Positions 29,501-37,033 of a stretch of DNA of 64,000 bases are shown here, piece after piece (the first letter of the stretch is position 1; each line of letters opens with the position of its first letter). Both the position numbers and the translations under genes were made by a program. Under the pieces are notes generated by a model. That model did not search any database and had not been told where the DNA came from. It saw nothing but the letters and a program-made list of their open reading frames with translations. This DNA is from a virus: positions 32,001-96,000 of IMG/VR virus record IMGVR_UViG_3300042373_001362. The stretch is one strand, 5' to 3'.

Positions 29501-32500
29501 AAAGAGCGCATGACCGGAAGAAAGACAGACAAGTCTGGAAATCCTGTTGACGGAAGAATTGGACAAGTTGATAACCCAACAATGATTTTGACACGCTCTA
29601 ATGGCGGAGCTATCGCTGCAACCATGGAAGTGTTTGCAGATGGTGGAATTGTTTACGGAAGCCAAAACTTCAAGAGAGATTTGGAGAACTTCTTAAACAA
29701 CATCGAATGGATGCAGAATGCCCAAAAGGGCAAACCGTTCTATACAGACGTATATGGAAAGAAAGTATTTTCAGCTCCTGAGTTCAGTCAAGACCTTGAC
29801 GGAATTACAAACATTGCAGACTTCAATAAGGCTATTGAAAAGGGCGATGACAACAGACTGAACATGCTTTCTAAGCTGATGAACGAATACTCGCTTGAAG
29901 ACTTGAGAGAATCTCTCAATAACATCATTACAGACAAAAACAAGCTTCCAAAGAATCGTGACGAGTATGTCCACATCCAGACAGCCCACACATCAAAGGG
30001 CCTCGAATCACCACGAGTGAAGATTTGGTCAGACTTTAGAAAGCCAAAGAAACTTCCAAACGGTGAATGGGAATACCCGAACGAGCAGGAGATGAGGCTT
30101 TCCTATGTTGCTGTAACAAGAGCAGAGGAAGAACTTGACCTAGGTTCACTTAGTTGGATTCTTGACCACACAACAGAAGAGGACGGTATGCCGAATACTT
30201 TCTCTTCTGGAAGAAGCAAGGCAAGAGGCAACAGAGGTGATGGCAAGGGAAGACAAAAACCATGGTCGGCAGAAGATAGGCAAAGATTTGCGGACAGGGA
30301 CATTCTTCGTTCACAAACACGCCCAGGAAAGCGTCGTCCAGGTCCTTCAGCAAACGAATTCTCGTCTGGTGCTGAATTTGATTTCACTCCAGAAGAGCTC
30401 AATAGGTGGCAAAAAGCTAGCGAACATGCCAGCGCGTATGGCGATTGGGAAAATCTTCCAGAAAACAGAAAAAACGGATATCTTCGTAAATTCAACGGAG
30501 ATGAAAATCTTGCTCGCGAGCAATTTAACGTGGAAAGAGATTTGGCAGACTTTGCTGCAGATGCACAATTTGACAAAACAGATTCACGATTCTCTTCTGG
30601 AGGCCGCTTCGCAACACCACTGGATGCACCAGAGGGCTGGGAAATGCCAGAAATTGGTGATGACGGCGAAATAAAGAATGGACCGCTTAAGGGTTACTAT
30701 GTTCGTGGCTTCGGGGACGATTACGTACGAGGAAGAAAATACGTAAGCTATCGTGGTGCAGACTACAGTAGTACTGATGAGCACAAAAATAACTTAGTTG
30801 ATTGGGGTGATTACGAAGCGGGATACACCCTCGACAGAAACATAGGCTCTGACGAGGACATTAGGAGCATTTCTGACTCTTCCGAGCAAGAAGAAATGGC
30901 GCAGTATGGCGACGAAGGTTTGTACTATGGCAATAGTTCACGCGGGCGATACGACCCTCAAAATGATTATGAAACTCCAGTAACCGACGACTCCCATTCA
31001 CCAGAAAACGGTGCAGACCACATCGGTAAAGCCGTATCCGTAACGGATGAAAATGGAAACAAATTCTACGGTGTAGTTGTTAGAGGTTGGGAACCGGAAT
31101 ACGAAGAAGACTTAGATGTTGATGAGGATGGGTGGGCAACCCCGAGCATGAACATACAAGACGGTGGCATGGTAGTTCTCGCTACTCATGATGCTGACGG
31201 CAAAAAACTTGATAAACCAGTAGTTGTTGAGGCAAGTTTTGGTCTTGAAAATGAATACGCCCTCGTATCAAATGTTGAGAGAGGTGGAGACGACTACGAA
31301 GGGCCAAAGGTCAATGTATCAAAAGGCCGTGTAAGTGAAGAAACCCTTGACGAAGCCAAAAAGCTTTATGAAGAACTGGACCCATATAGAAATGGTAAAG
31401 CCGAGGAGTTCAGGCGTCAAGGAGCCTTGATAGATAGAGCATGGAGAATGCCGGGAGGCGAAAAAGAGCGCAGGGAAAAAGCTGCCGAAGAAGCTTACAG
31501 AAGAAGCCCTGAAGGAATACAAGAGCAAAGAGAAAAGCTAGAAGCATCCATATCGGCTATAGAAGACAAGATAAGAAGCGCGGAGTCTTCTCGTGAATCT
31601 CTCATGGAGAGGCTGAACGATGTTTCTGAAAGTGGAGACAATGTCCTTGCTTCAAAAATGGAAGAAATATTAAGAGACAGAGAGGGAGCGGTACGACTCC
31701 TCCAAGAAAGACTTGAAGAAGCAAAAGCTGAACTAGATGCTTTTAATGGCGAAGGAAACAGGCTTTCTTCTGGAAGATTTGCGCCTGATGGACAATCGGG
31801 TTCAAGGCTTCAAAGAAGACTTTCTTCTGGCGATGTTTTTGGCCCACCACCAGGACAGTCGGCAAGGTATGACCGCAAGAAGCAAGTCGAGGCAACGATG
31901 GGTGCATTCCATTCTGACCCAGGCAAGGCTGTTGTGTCGAGCGACACCGAAGGCTTATTGGGTAAAATCCCTTCCGGTAAGAACTCCCATATCCTTAACG
32001 CCGAAGCAGCTAAGAGAATAATTGCAGACCCAGATACAGAGTATTCAGCAGATACCGGATGGCCGGTAGATGCAGGAAGACTTCTTGATTTCATCGAAAT
32101 TGAGAATCCTCTTGGTGGACGTCCAAGCACTCTTCGTGATAAAGACGACGCACAGCTTATTGCAAGGGTTTTGGGTATACCAGTATCGGATGCTCAGGAC
32201 ATGCTTGACGGAAAGCCTGTATACATTGCCAGCTCAACTGCGGCTGACATGTTTGACAACCTTTCAAGAAGCAGAGAGTACACAGCAAGCGTTGGTGGAT
32301 TAAACGACGTAGCGAGAGTTTGGGGATTTGATGGCGCTCCAAAGTGGGTGCGTCATAGCGATATTGCTACTCCAGAATTTGACCTCGACGAAAACGACAG
32401 AGTTAACTGGTCGCAGGTTAAGTGGGATGGACTTTCGAGGGCTGACTTTGATGCAGCAGTAAGAAGAGGGAATAACCCACCAGAACCCGTATACACATCA

Positions 32501-35374
32501 CCTGTTGAGTTTTTCAATAGTGATGCAATCGCCAGTAACCCCAAGTGGGACGCTCGTGGTGGCTCATTCAGAAACCCAACTGTGGATGCTGAGTTCACTG
32601 CAACACCAAAGAAGGTTGCTAGAGCTGAACAGCTGGAGCCAGAAAGATTTGTTTCTCAGGCAAGAGCCGGAGAAAGGGTTGCACGCGCTGACAAAGATTT
32701 CATGGATGAATGGACCAACGGAAGTCATGGAATTGGTGCAGCGCAGCTTATGCAAATGCTTGGATTGGAAAGAGATTCAGAAGGCGACCGCATAAGCAGC
32801 CAAGACGTAAGAAAGCTTCTTGATGAAATAAACAAGATTAAAGAAGAAGCTGGAAGCGGACTTGTTCCTGCTGCAAAGAGGGAAGACGGAAAATTTAAAG
32901 AATCACTTGAGCTGGACACAAAGAAGTCTCCAATCAATGATGAAATAATGCACGCCCTCATTGTTTCTGGAAGATTCAAGAACATGAAAGAAGCGGTTGC
33001 TTCTCTTGGTGACCCAAGACTTGATTCTCTTGCTGCAGAATATGACTCCCGCATGCTTGTAGATGCAGCATTTATAAGAATCAAAGACCATTTAAACAAG
33101 GTTGGAGCAGCAGACCAAAAGAAGATTCTTTCTAAGGTAATCACTGCCACCCTTGGTCGCAAGACAACACTTGAATCTCGCGTACAGGAAGGCAGAGCAT
33201 CAATCAAGGGTGTAATGAATTCAGACGCAATGATTGGCGATGAAAAGCTTTCCGAAGTAATTGGCATGGTCAACGAGGTTCTTGATGCAAGGGGTCTTGA
33301 GACAATCGACAAGGATGCATTGTTCCCAAGGGACGAGGCAGGCGGATTTGTGAACAACTTGAGTGCTTCGGCTCCAGGCGCAACGAGGCTTGCTTCTGGT
33401 CAGAGGTTTGTAGCCAGAACCGCATCAAGCAGAAGAGCTGATGCCGGAATGGATGCTGCAGCAAGAAGAGCAACAGATAGGCCAACGTTCTCAAGCGGTG
33501 CAAAGCCAGCATTTAGGGACCCAGACGGAAAACTGAACGCCACAAACATGAGAGATGCTGCATCCGAAGCAACAATTCCAGAAGGAACAATGATAAGAAA
33601 AACTCCTGGCCAAAATATAGAAGACTTTGAAAAAGCAGTTAAGACGAGGGCCGAAATAGCAGAAACCCTAAACATAGATACTTCAGCAATAAATGGCTTT
33701 ACTGTCTACGACGTTATAGACGAGCTTAAAAAGGCAGGAATACCTGAAGATACCGCAGAAGACCTTGTCGATAAGCTTGTAGAACTAGATTTCTATATTG
33801 ATGCAATCGAGGAGAGATTCTCTGAAGCCAGAGAAATCATGGATGAAGCTATTGAAGAAGCTGAAGATGCTATGGACAAGATTGCGAAGCTAAGAAAAGA
33901 GCGTGCCGACATTATTAATAGGTACGGCGAAGAAGATGGACAGCCACTGCTTGAGGTTGTTGATGAAAAAATTAGCAGAGCGACAAAAAAGCTTGACGAT
34001 GCCTACCAAAGAGGTATCGGCAATGAGGATGCAAGAATGGGAACTCTCTATTCTCAGGTTGACGAAATTCTGAGCAATAATCGTGGATGGAGAGAGTATT
34101 CGCCATCCCCATGGGGAGATAGTACAAATCAGAACCTTGCTGCTCTTGAATTAGCAATTGCAAAAGCTGGCGGAGTAAAGAAAGCCGTACCAGTTACGGG
34201 AATAGATTTCGGAGTTCCAGAAGGCACAAGGCTTTCTTCAGGAAAAGCAGAAGAGTATTACCAAAACCTCACAAGCCACTTGATAAACATGATTGAAAAA
34301 TCACAAAAAGAAGGCGGTAAGTGGGAAGCACCATGGCATAAGGCTGGAAACCTTCCAAGAAATGCTTCTACAAAGAATATGTATTCGGGTGGAAACATCT
34401 TTGCTCTTATGCTTGCAGCCGAAGAAAAGGGCTTCACAACCTCTCACTGGGGTGGATTCCAGCAGTGGAAGAAGCTTGGAGGAAGCGTAAAGAAGGGTGA
34501 AAAGGCAACCATCATCCTCATGCCAAAGCAGATGTTTGGTGAGGAAATCGACCCAGACACAGGGCAGAAGGTTAGAAAGTCAAAGGGCGTATATTTTACG
34601 ACCGCACATGTTTTCAACCTTGACCAAGTTGAGGGAATTGACCGCGATGAGTTCTTGAAGCTGCCGACAGATGCTCTGACACCAGAGCAGAGAGTCACAA
34701 AGCTTGAAGACGCAATCAAGGAAGTTGGTGCAACAATCAAGACCGGAGATGGAAGTAGGGCCTACTACTCTCCGCGTGAAGACCATGTTGTGATGCCTCC
34801 ATTCGAACTGTTCAAGTCCCCAGAGGGATACTACGGAACACTCGCCCATGAGCTTGTTCACTGGACAGGGCATTCGTCAAGACTTGACAGAAAGAACATG
34901 AACCAGTTTGGTTCTCCTGACTATGCAAGAGAAGAGCTTATTGCTGAATTTGGCTCAGCTTTCCTGTTGGCAATGTTTGGTCTTTCTGCAGAACCAAGAG
35001 AAGACCATGCCCATTACTTGGCAAACTGGTTGCAGGTTCTTCGCGATGAGCCAAATGCTCTACAGGAAGCAGCAACGAAAGCTCAAGAAGCATCAAAAAT
35101 GCTTATCGACAAGATGAAGGCAGTTCTGGAAGAGATGGGCGAAACCGCATCTACTGCTGAGTCGACGGTAGAAGAAAAGAATGCAAATATTTTTACAGAC
35201 CCGCTTTACGGAATAAAGAATGGACTTGTTGAGTGGAGCAAAAACATTGAGAACGCTCCATATTTCATCAAATCCTTGACAGACCCTGATGAGAAATACG
35301 GAAATGTAAATAGAAGATGGGAAAGAATTGCGGAAGCAGCGCTATTCCTGAACGGAATAAACAACAAAATCTAG
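23537..35374 (+). CDS. giant polyprotein 1: prohead protease + RFSSG-delimited modules (WYL, SF1 helicase, ArdC)
   Basis: AAGGAG RBS before ATG 23537; continuous ORF; domain motifs listed separately. Confidence 0.9.
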   Translation: MSSSNKKSDIQYKAAPQGMVNLDEAQGIVECFVAGIGNKDSVGDVCAPGAFGKSLTRRKPRVVWGHNWNDPIGKVIDMYEVPPNDPRLPAKMKAAGIGGLYARVQFNLMSEKGREAFANVAFFGEEQEWSIGYKTINAKFDPQMQANILYEVELYEVSPVLHGANQLTGTISVKSEEQPSGVSVINAPSIDGLNVNELSSILDALKAISSSVSEDEKCGPGMMPQGMPGMPSGGPGMPSGPKPMHTHTPGAAPREVVKPQIPSMPENPMTVALRRELATRTGSNVIVRSASDSVVVFDRVLADGTSSTYRLPFHYAGGEFMFGKPEKVQSQANYVQDSPLSEIMVEALLSGPTAGAEKSLISFDDQEWGEGFGQSIPSQQVDASTLNSVIANLQKIIEQKSEYVVQVAPEHAFEVKQAIDPILDFYKVDATINEDGIVVKSLNEDFLNALDIATKGVLRSLGNLAGRAIDRPNIGRNRRDRTPNLASRGPGIGSRGAVVRLRDGSMWDPKNAPDRNRNGIVGEGLFDSSGRSLAQPDPTPEGPDSIRGAKTPKSPQTPKRQAAAAAKRNATVKRTSGQPQKARQRLSSGGIDQEVDDTPMLEEKFKKEVSGFLSEIGTNRNEIENILDLWENNDADHDKYMEEHGAGSKNFAENVAYAASAMYEDYISDAGDRQADRRAEGGRFSSGEWTKIPGVGYEMDAPDIEGAYEIQEGLDGKFYVVRFSDGNRNGGQDMTEYEHDKPFSTLAAAKKWAEKDYAQAADEYMPDEEMPDGDASERLNSLVAPELPSLDGMDESEADEALQNFSDEMFSFVNETENIAREVLGDDEYNKRFGGAVPLIEEISKRHDGSIEQRDIALENAFDQAERFNNSVNGSLGGGRFSSGQIDFDKIGESGLREMRHVERNPLRFDTQADKDARAAYERVVANFRANNGFFREVPMYAGDKKWHSEDWFRGREMAENVATLRFGDPIDQMPFFDKPGKPSKREFFERTTAVDYKSWYMTKIPAMTQELDRVLASDAYSDEYKEAFLEGMRTFFYVNRPNLQYAPKDTQAQYEEWLQRSGLGWKGRYSTSGPKFEDLDDTGRFSSGAKDKKTINSYDNSEDLKSAMFSALWTNGSRDEINNMTAEELAEILSVNPEWVEPLLEDTKKYTIEAMDDYDKYLSSLPEPTDEEINQEYQEWLSRQAGADYAQGMTVRDKFQDMTDEEAADYAAWLDEETWRDRDDRFSSGGGKTPEERLEEYNRRSAEKNAVLEKMTPEELEEYAREWNESHVEDVRLSSGSTNRPKSTKTGEEFIGRSYGLHDFFVYDEEDDFENIDKAIVDSLLKNERITLDDLLLEVRGIKDPDLSGEALVRRPDYMGANARRVAEAVANNTSVNPSLANQKAGREDILHFRYNGKQRSIYPETFSTSKKGVGYFVGWDETADNGNGAYRSFNVDKIEGLISSAIPPHVDRAARYTDYSWNITDFSDEDNQKILEQMRRTKEFRVLDDAQDLIDDEVSAGGTRVAGSTLDIAEKEAQAAFQDARNRQIDKMVADGKIKPLSRDSRFSSGMVNDGLPDGYWDTADDMADSYGDREDYTDARFSSGGMPSTKEQADLIAFARSKPGTFTDSVVSQFDRNRRLSEKQWDAIRRMMRGASGGKAAPKADKPTARFSGKRRQIVDIADIEKYDYPELPAKIKPTPEQDRAIDAMMTGADVKIGALAATGKTTTVINFANRLKAKEPDARVVYLVFNRNAKDDVEKRGMPGNVSVSTMDGIAYRAMDAINPEMTKKSFDKKEGHIKPINSFKDRAKYLGTKGMVSQGEELTDVDVYRIVAKAIDAYSISDDKEIGPQHFTGPYNGSYRVTDTSLLPELLKYANKMWEDMNLPRVNGATRKDQKGMLPVNNTHLTKMWALTNPDISEIAEVNVAMVDEAQDMNPVFAGILRNSNLQKIYIGDTNQAINAWRGADGTTLANVEATYDMPITDSFRFGKNVANMGNRFLSLLNTKERMTGRKTDKSGNPVDGRIGQVDNPTMILTRSNGGAIAATMEVFADGGIVYGSQNFKRDLENFLNNIEWMQNAQKGKPFYTDVYGKKVFSAPEFSQDLDGITNIADFNKAIEKGDDNRLNMLSKLMNEYSLEDLRESLNNIITDKNKLPKNRDEYVHIQTAHTSKGLESPRVKIWSDFRKPKKLPNGEWEYPNEQEMRLSYVAVTRAEEELDLGSLSWILDHTTEEDGMPNTFSSGRSKARGNRGDGKGRQKPWSAEDRQRFADRDILRSQTRPGKRRPGPSANEFSSGAEFDFTPEELNRWQKASEHASAYGDWENLPENRKNGYLRKFNGDENLAREQFNVERDLADFAADAQFDKTDSRFSSGGRFATPLDAPEGWEMPEIGDDGEIKNGPLKGYYVRGFGDDYVRGRKYVSYRGADYSSTDEHKNNLVDWGDYEAGYTLDRNIGSDEDIRSISDSSEQEEMAQYGDEGLYYGNSSRGRYDPQNDYETPVTDDSHSPENGADHIGKAVSVTDENGNKFYGVVVRGWEPEYEEDLDVDEDGWATPSMNIQDGGMVVLATHDADGKKLDKPVVVEASFGLENEYALVSNVERGGDDYEGPKVNVSKGRVSEETLDEAKKLYEELDPYRNGKAEEFRRQGALIDRAWRMPGGEKERREKAAEEAYRRSPEGIQEQREKLEASISAIEDKIRSAESSRESLMERLNDVSESGDNVLASKMEEILRDREGAVRLLQERLEEAKAELDAFNGEGNRLSSGRFAPDGQSGSRLQRRLSSGDVFGPPPGQSARYDRKKQVEATMGAFHSDPGKAVVSSDTEGLLGKIPSGKNSHILNAEAAKRIIADPDTEYSADTGWPVDAGRLLDFIEIENPLGGRPSTLRDKDDAQLIARVLGIPVSDAQDMLDGKPVYIASSTAADMFDNLSRSREYTASVGGLNDVARVWGFDGAPKWVRHSDIATPEFDLDENDRVNWSQVKWDGLSRADFDAAVRRGNNPPEPVYTSPVEFFNSDAIASNPKWDARGGSFRNPTVDAEFTATPKKVARAEQLEPERFVSQARAGERVARADKDFMDEWTNGSHGIGAAQLMQMLGLERDSEGDRISSQDVRKLLDEINKIKEEAGSGLVPAAKREDGKFKESLELDTKKSPINDEIMHALIVSGRFKNMKEAVASLGDPRLDSLAAEYDSRMLVDAAFIRIKDHLNKVGAADQKKILSKVITATLGRKTTLESRVQEGRASIKGVMNSDAMIGDEKLSEVIGMVNEVLDARGLETIDKDALFPRDEAGGFVNNLSASAPGATRLASGQRFVARTASSRRADAGMDAAARRATDRPTFSSGAKPAFRDPDGKLNATNMRDAASEATIPEGTMIRKTPGQNIEDFEKAVKTRAEIAETLNIDTSAINGFTVYDVIDELKKAGIPEDTAEDLVDKLVELDFYIDAIEERFSEAREIMDEAIEEAEDAMDKIAKLRKERADIINRYGEEDGQPLLEVVDEKISRATKKLDDAYQRGIGNEDARMGTLYSQVDEILSNNRGWREYSPSPWGDSTNQNLAALELAIAKAGGVKKAVPVTGIDFGVPEGTRLSSGKAEEYYQNLTSHLINMIEKSQKEGGKWEAPWHKAGNLPRNASTKNMYSGGNIFALMLAAEEKGFTTSHWGGFQQWKKLGGSVKKGEKATIILMPKQMFGEEIDPDTGQKVRKSKGVYFTTAHVFNLDQVEGIDRDEFLKLPTDALTPEQRVTKLEDAIKEVGATIKTGDGSRAYYSPREDHVVMPPFELFKSPEGYYGTLAHELVHWTGHSSRLDRKNMNQFGSPDYAREELIAEFGSAFLLAMFGLSAEPREDHAHYLANWLQVLRDEPNALQEAATKAQEASKMLIDKMKAVLEEMGETASTAESTVEEKNANIFTDPLYGIKNGLVEWSKNIENAPYFIKSLTDPDEKYGNVNRRWERIAEAALFLNGINNKI
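23615..24061 (+). other. HK97-type prohead protease domain (S78)
   Basis: DSVGDVCAPGAF, WGHN..PIGK, GLYARVQF, WSIGY, LYEVSPVLHGAN. Confidence 0.9.
27701..27862 (+). other. WYL-like domain
   Basis: HFRYNGKQRSIYP...YFVGWD...YRSFNVDKI. Confidence 0.7.
28577..30145 (+). other. UvrD-like SF1 helicase domain
   Basis: TPEQ, ALAATGKTT, VDEAQD, IGDTNQAINAWRGA, SFRFG, TAHTSKGLE, YVAVTRA. Confidence 0.9.
34244..35120 (+). other. ardC: ArdC-like domain pair (ssDNA-binding + zincin metallopeptidase)
   Basis: APW..PRN..YSGGN..FQQWKKLGGSVKKGEK..VFNLDQ; AYYSP..HELVHWTGH..RLDR..YAREELIAE. Confidence 0.88.
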
Positions 35375-35465
35375 GAATAGTAATCAGTACATACACCGCA
35401 ATACTTACTCGAATGATACGTTTAGAGTATAATTTACGGTACTTACCAATTAGGAGTCATCTTTT

Positions 35466-37016
35466 ATGAACGATGAAATGAACATGAGCCTCAGCGTCAC
35501 AGGAGATGGCGAAGTTCTGAAGTGCGCAAAAATGGGCGCTGACGTCTCTGGCTGCGGGTACACGCCTGGTTCAAAGCTTTGTGCCAAATGTGGTGCGATG
35601 CCAACTCAGGTAAAAATCGTTCCCGTTGACGAACCAGAAGACGAGATGGAAGACGAGATGGAAGACGACGACCGTGCAATGCCTGCTCCAAGAATGGGCA
35701 ACAAGCCTGCGCCAGTCGCCATGGAAGACGCTGGCATGGAGCCAGAAGAGCTTGAAGTCGAAGACGAAGAAGACGAAGAGTCCATGGATGAAGAAAAAAC
35801 AGCTTATTACAAGAAGTATGGCTATGACCGCTACGTCAAGAAGTATGGCAAGAAGCCATGGATGATGGACGGAGAAGGTCCTGACGAAGAAGAGGATATG
35901 AGTGACGAAGAAAAGGCTCTCCTCTGGGCTCTCAACAAGAAGCGCAAGGCTCGTGGTCTGACGGCAACCCAAAACGGCATGGACGTAAAGGGTATGGGCG
36001 AAGAGTATTACGAAGAAGAAGACGAAGAAGACGAAGAAGAAATGTCTGAGGACATGCCAGAAGACGACGAAGTCGAAAAAATGGCAATGCTCGAAAGAAT
36101 GCGCAAGAAGCGCATTAAGTCACTGGGCATCACACCAGAGGCTGTAGGTCCTCGCGGCTATCTTTGCGCCATCGAAAGAAAGGCATACCCAGGTGGAGCG
36201 TCTGTTTGTGACGACTGCCCAGGCGGATGTGTTTCAGAAAAGGGACTTCCTGGCTTGCTTCATGTCGAAGGTCTTGCTGAGCAGATGTTTAAGGGAACAG
36301 TTCTTGACTCCGGATACTCAGCAAAAGCAGACATGTACGTCATTGATATCCAAACAAAAACTGGCGCAGTAAACGAAGTCTTCGTTGACGGAACAACTGC
36401 AGAGGTCATGGGTTTCCACAGGCTTGACAACTCCGTATTTGAGCAGAAGTCGGCACAAGACAGCATGCAGATGATTCAGTTCTATGAAGCAGCAGACATT
36501 GCTGTTAAGTCAATTGACGGCCACGTAATTGGTGTTGAGCCAGATTCTTTTGAAGGAATCGATGCATACGCAGTAGAAATTGATGGCTTCGACGGTAAGT
36601 CATATGACGTCTTTGTTTCTCTTGATGGCGAAGTTCTGGGCTACGATAAGTACGAGATGGACGAAGCAGAAGAGATTGAAGCAGAAGCTGCAGAAATTGC
36701 TCTGAAGCGTGCGTTCACTGAAGACCAGCGCACATCGATGGCTAAGGAAGGAACAGCAATGCCAGATGGTTCGTTCCCAATCAAGAACGAATCAGACTTG
36801 CGTAATGCAATCCAGGCCTACGGTCGTGCAAAGGACAAAGAAGCCGCAAAGCGCCACATCATGAAGCGTGCGAAAGAAATGGGCAAAGAGAACCTGATTC
36901 CTTCAAACTGGGTAATGGGTGGCGGAACCGAAAAGAAGAGTGACGTTGTTGACGCAAGTTTGATGGCTTCTCTTATCGAATTCGAGCTTCTTCAAGCCGA
37001 AACAGAAATCAACTAG
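35466..37016 (+). CDS. acidic head-region protein with Cys clusters, two PepSY-like repeats and a C-terminal PDGSFPI domain
   Basis: CxxC motifs, Glu/Asp tracts, EAADIAVKSIDG..YAVEI..YDVFVSLDGEVLG, AMPDGSFPIKNESDLRNAIQAYGRA. Confidence 0.7.
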   Translation: MNDEMNMSLSVTGDGEVLKCAKMGADVSGCGYTPGSKLCAKCGAMPTQVKIVPVDEPEDEMEDEMEDDDRAMPAPRMGNKPAPVAMEDAGMEPEELEVEDEEDEESMDEEKTAYYKKYGYDRYVKKYGKKPWMMDGEGPDEEEDMSDEEKALLWALNKKRKARGLTATQNGMDVKGMGEEYYEEEDEEDEEEMSEDMPEDDEVEKMAMLERMRKKRIKSLGITPEAVGPRGYLCAIERKAYPGGASVCDDCPGGCVSEKGLPGLLHVEGLAEQMFKGTVLDSGYSAKADMYVIDIQTKTGAVNEVFVDGTTAEVMGFHRLDNSVFEQKSAQDSMQMIQFYEAADIAVKSIDGHVIGVEPDSFEGIDAYAVEIDGFDGKSYDVFVSLDGEVLGYDKYEMDEAEEIEAEAAEIALKRAFTEDQRTSMAKEGTAMPDGSFPIKNESDLRNAIQAYGRAKDKEAAKRHIMKRAKEMGKENLIPSNWVMGGGTEKKSDVVDASLMASLIEFELLQAETEIN

Positions 37017-37033
37017 AGCAAGGACTACCCGAC

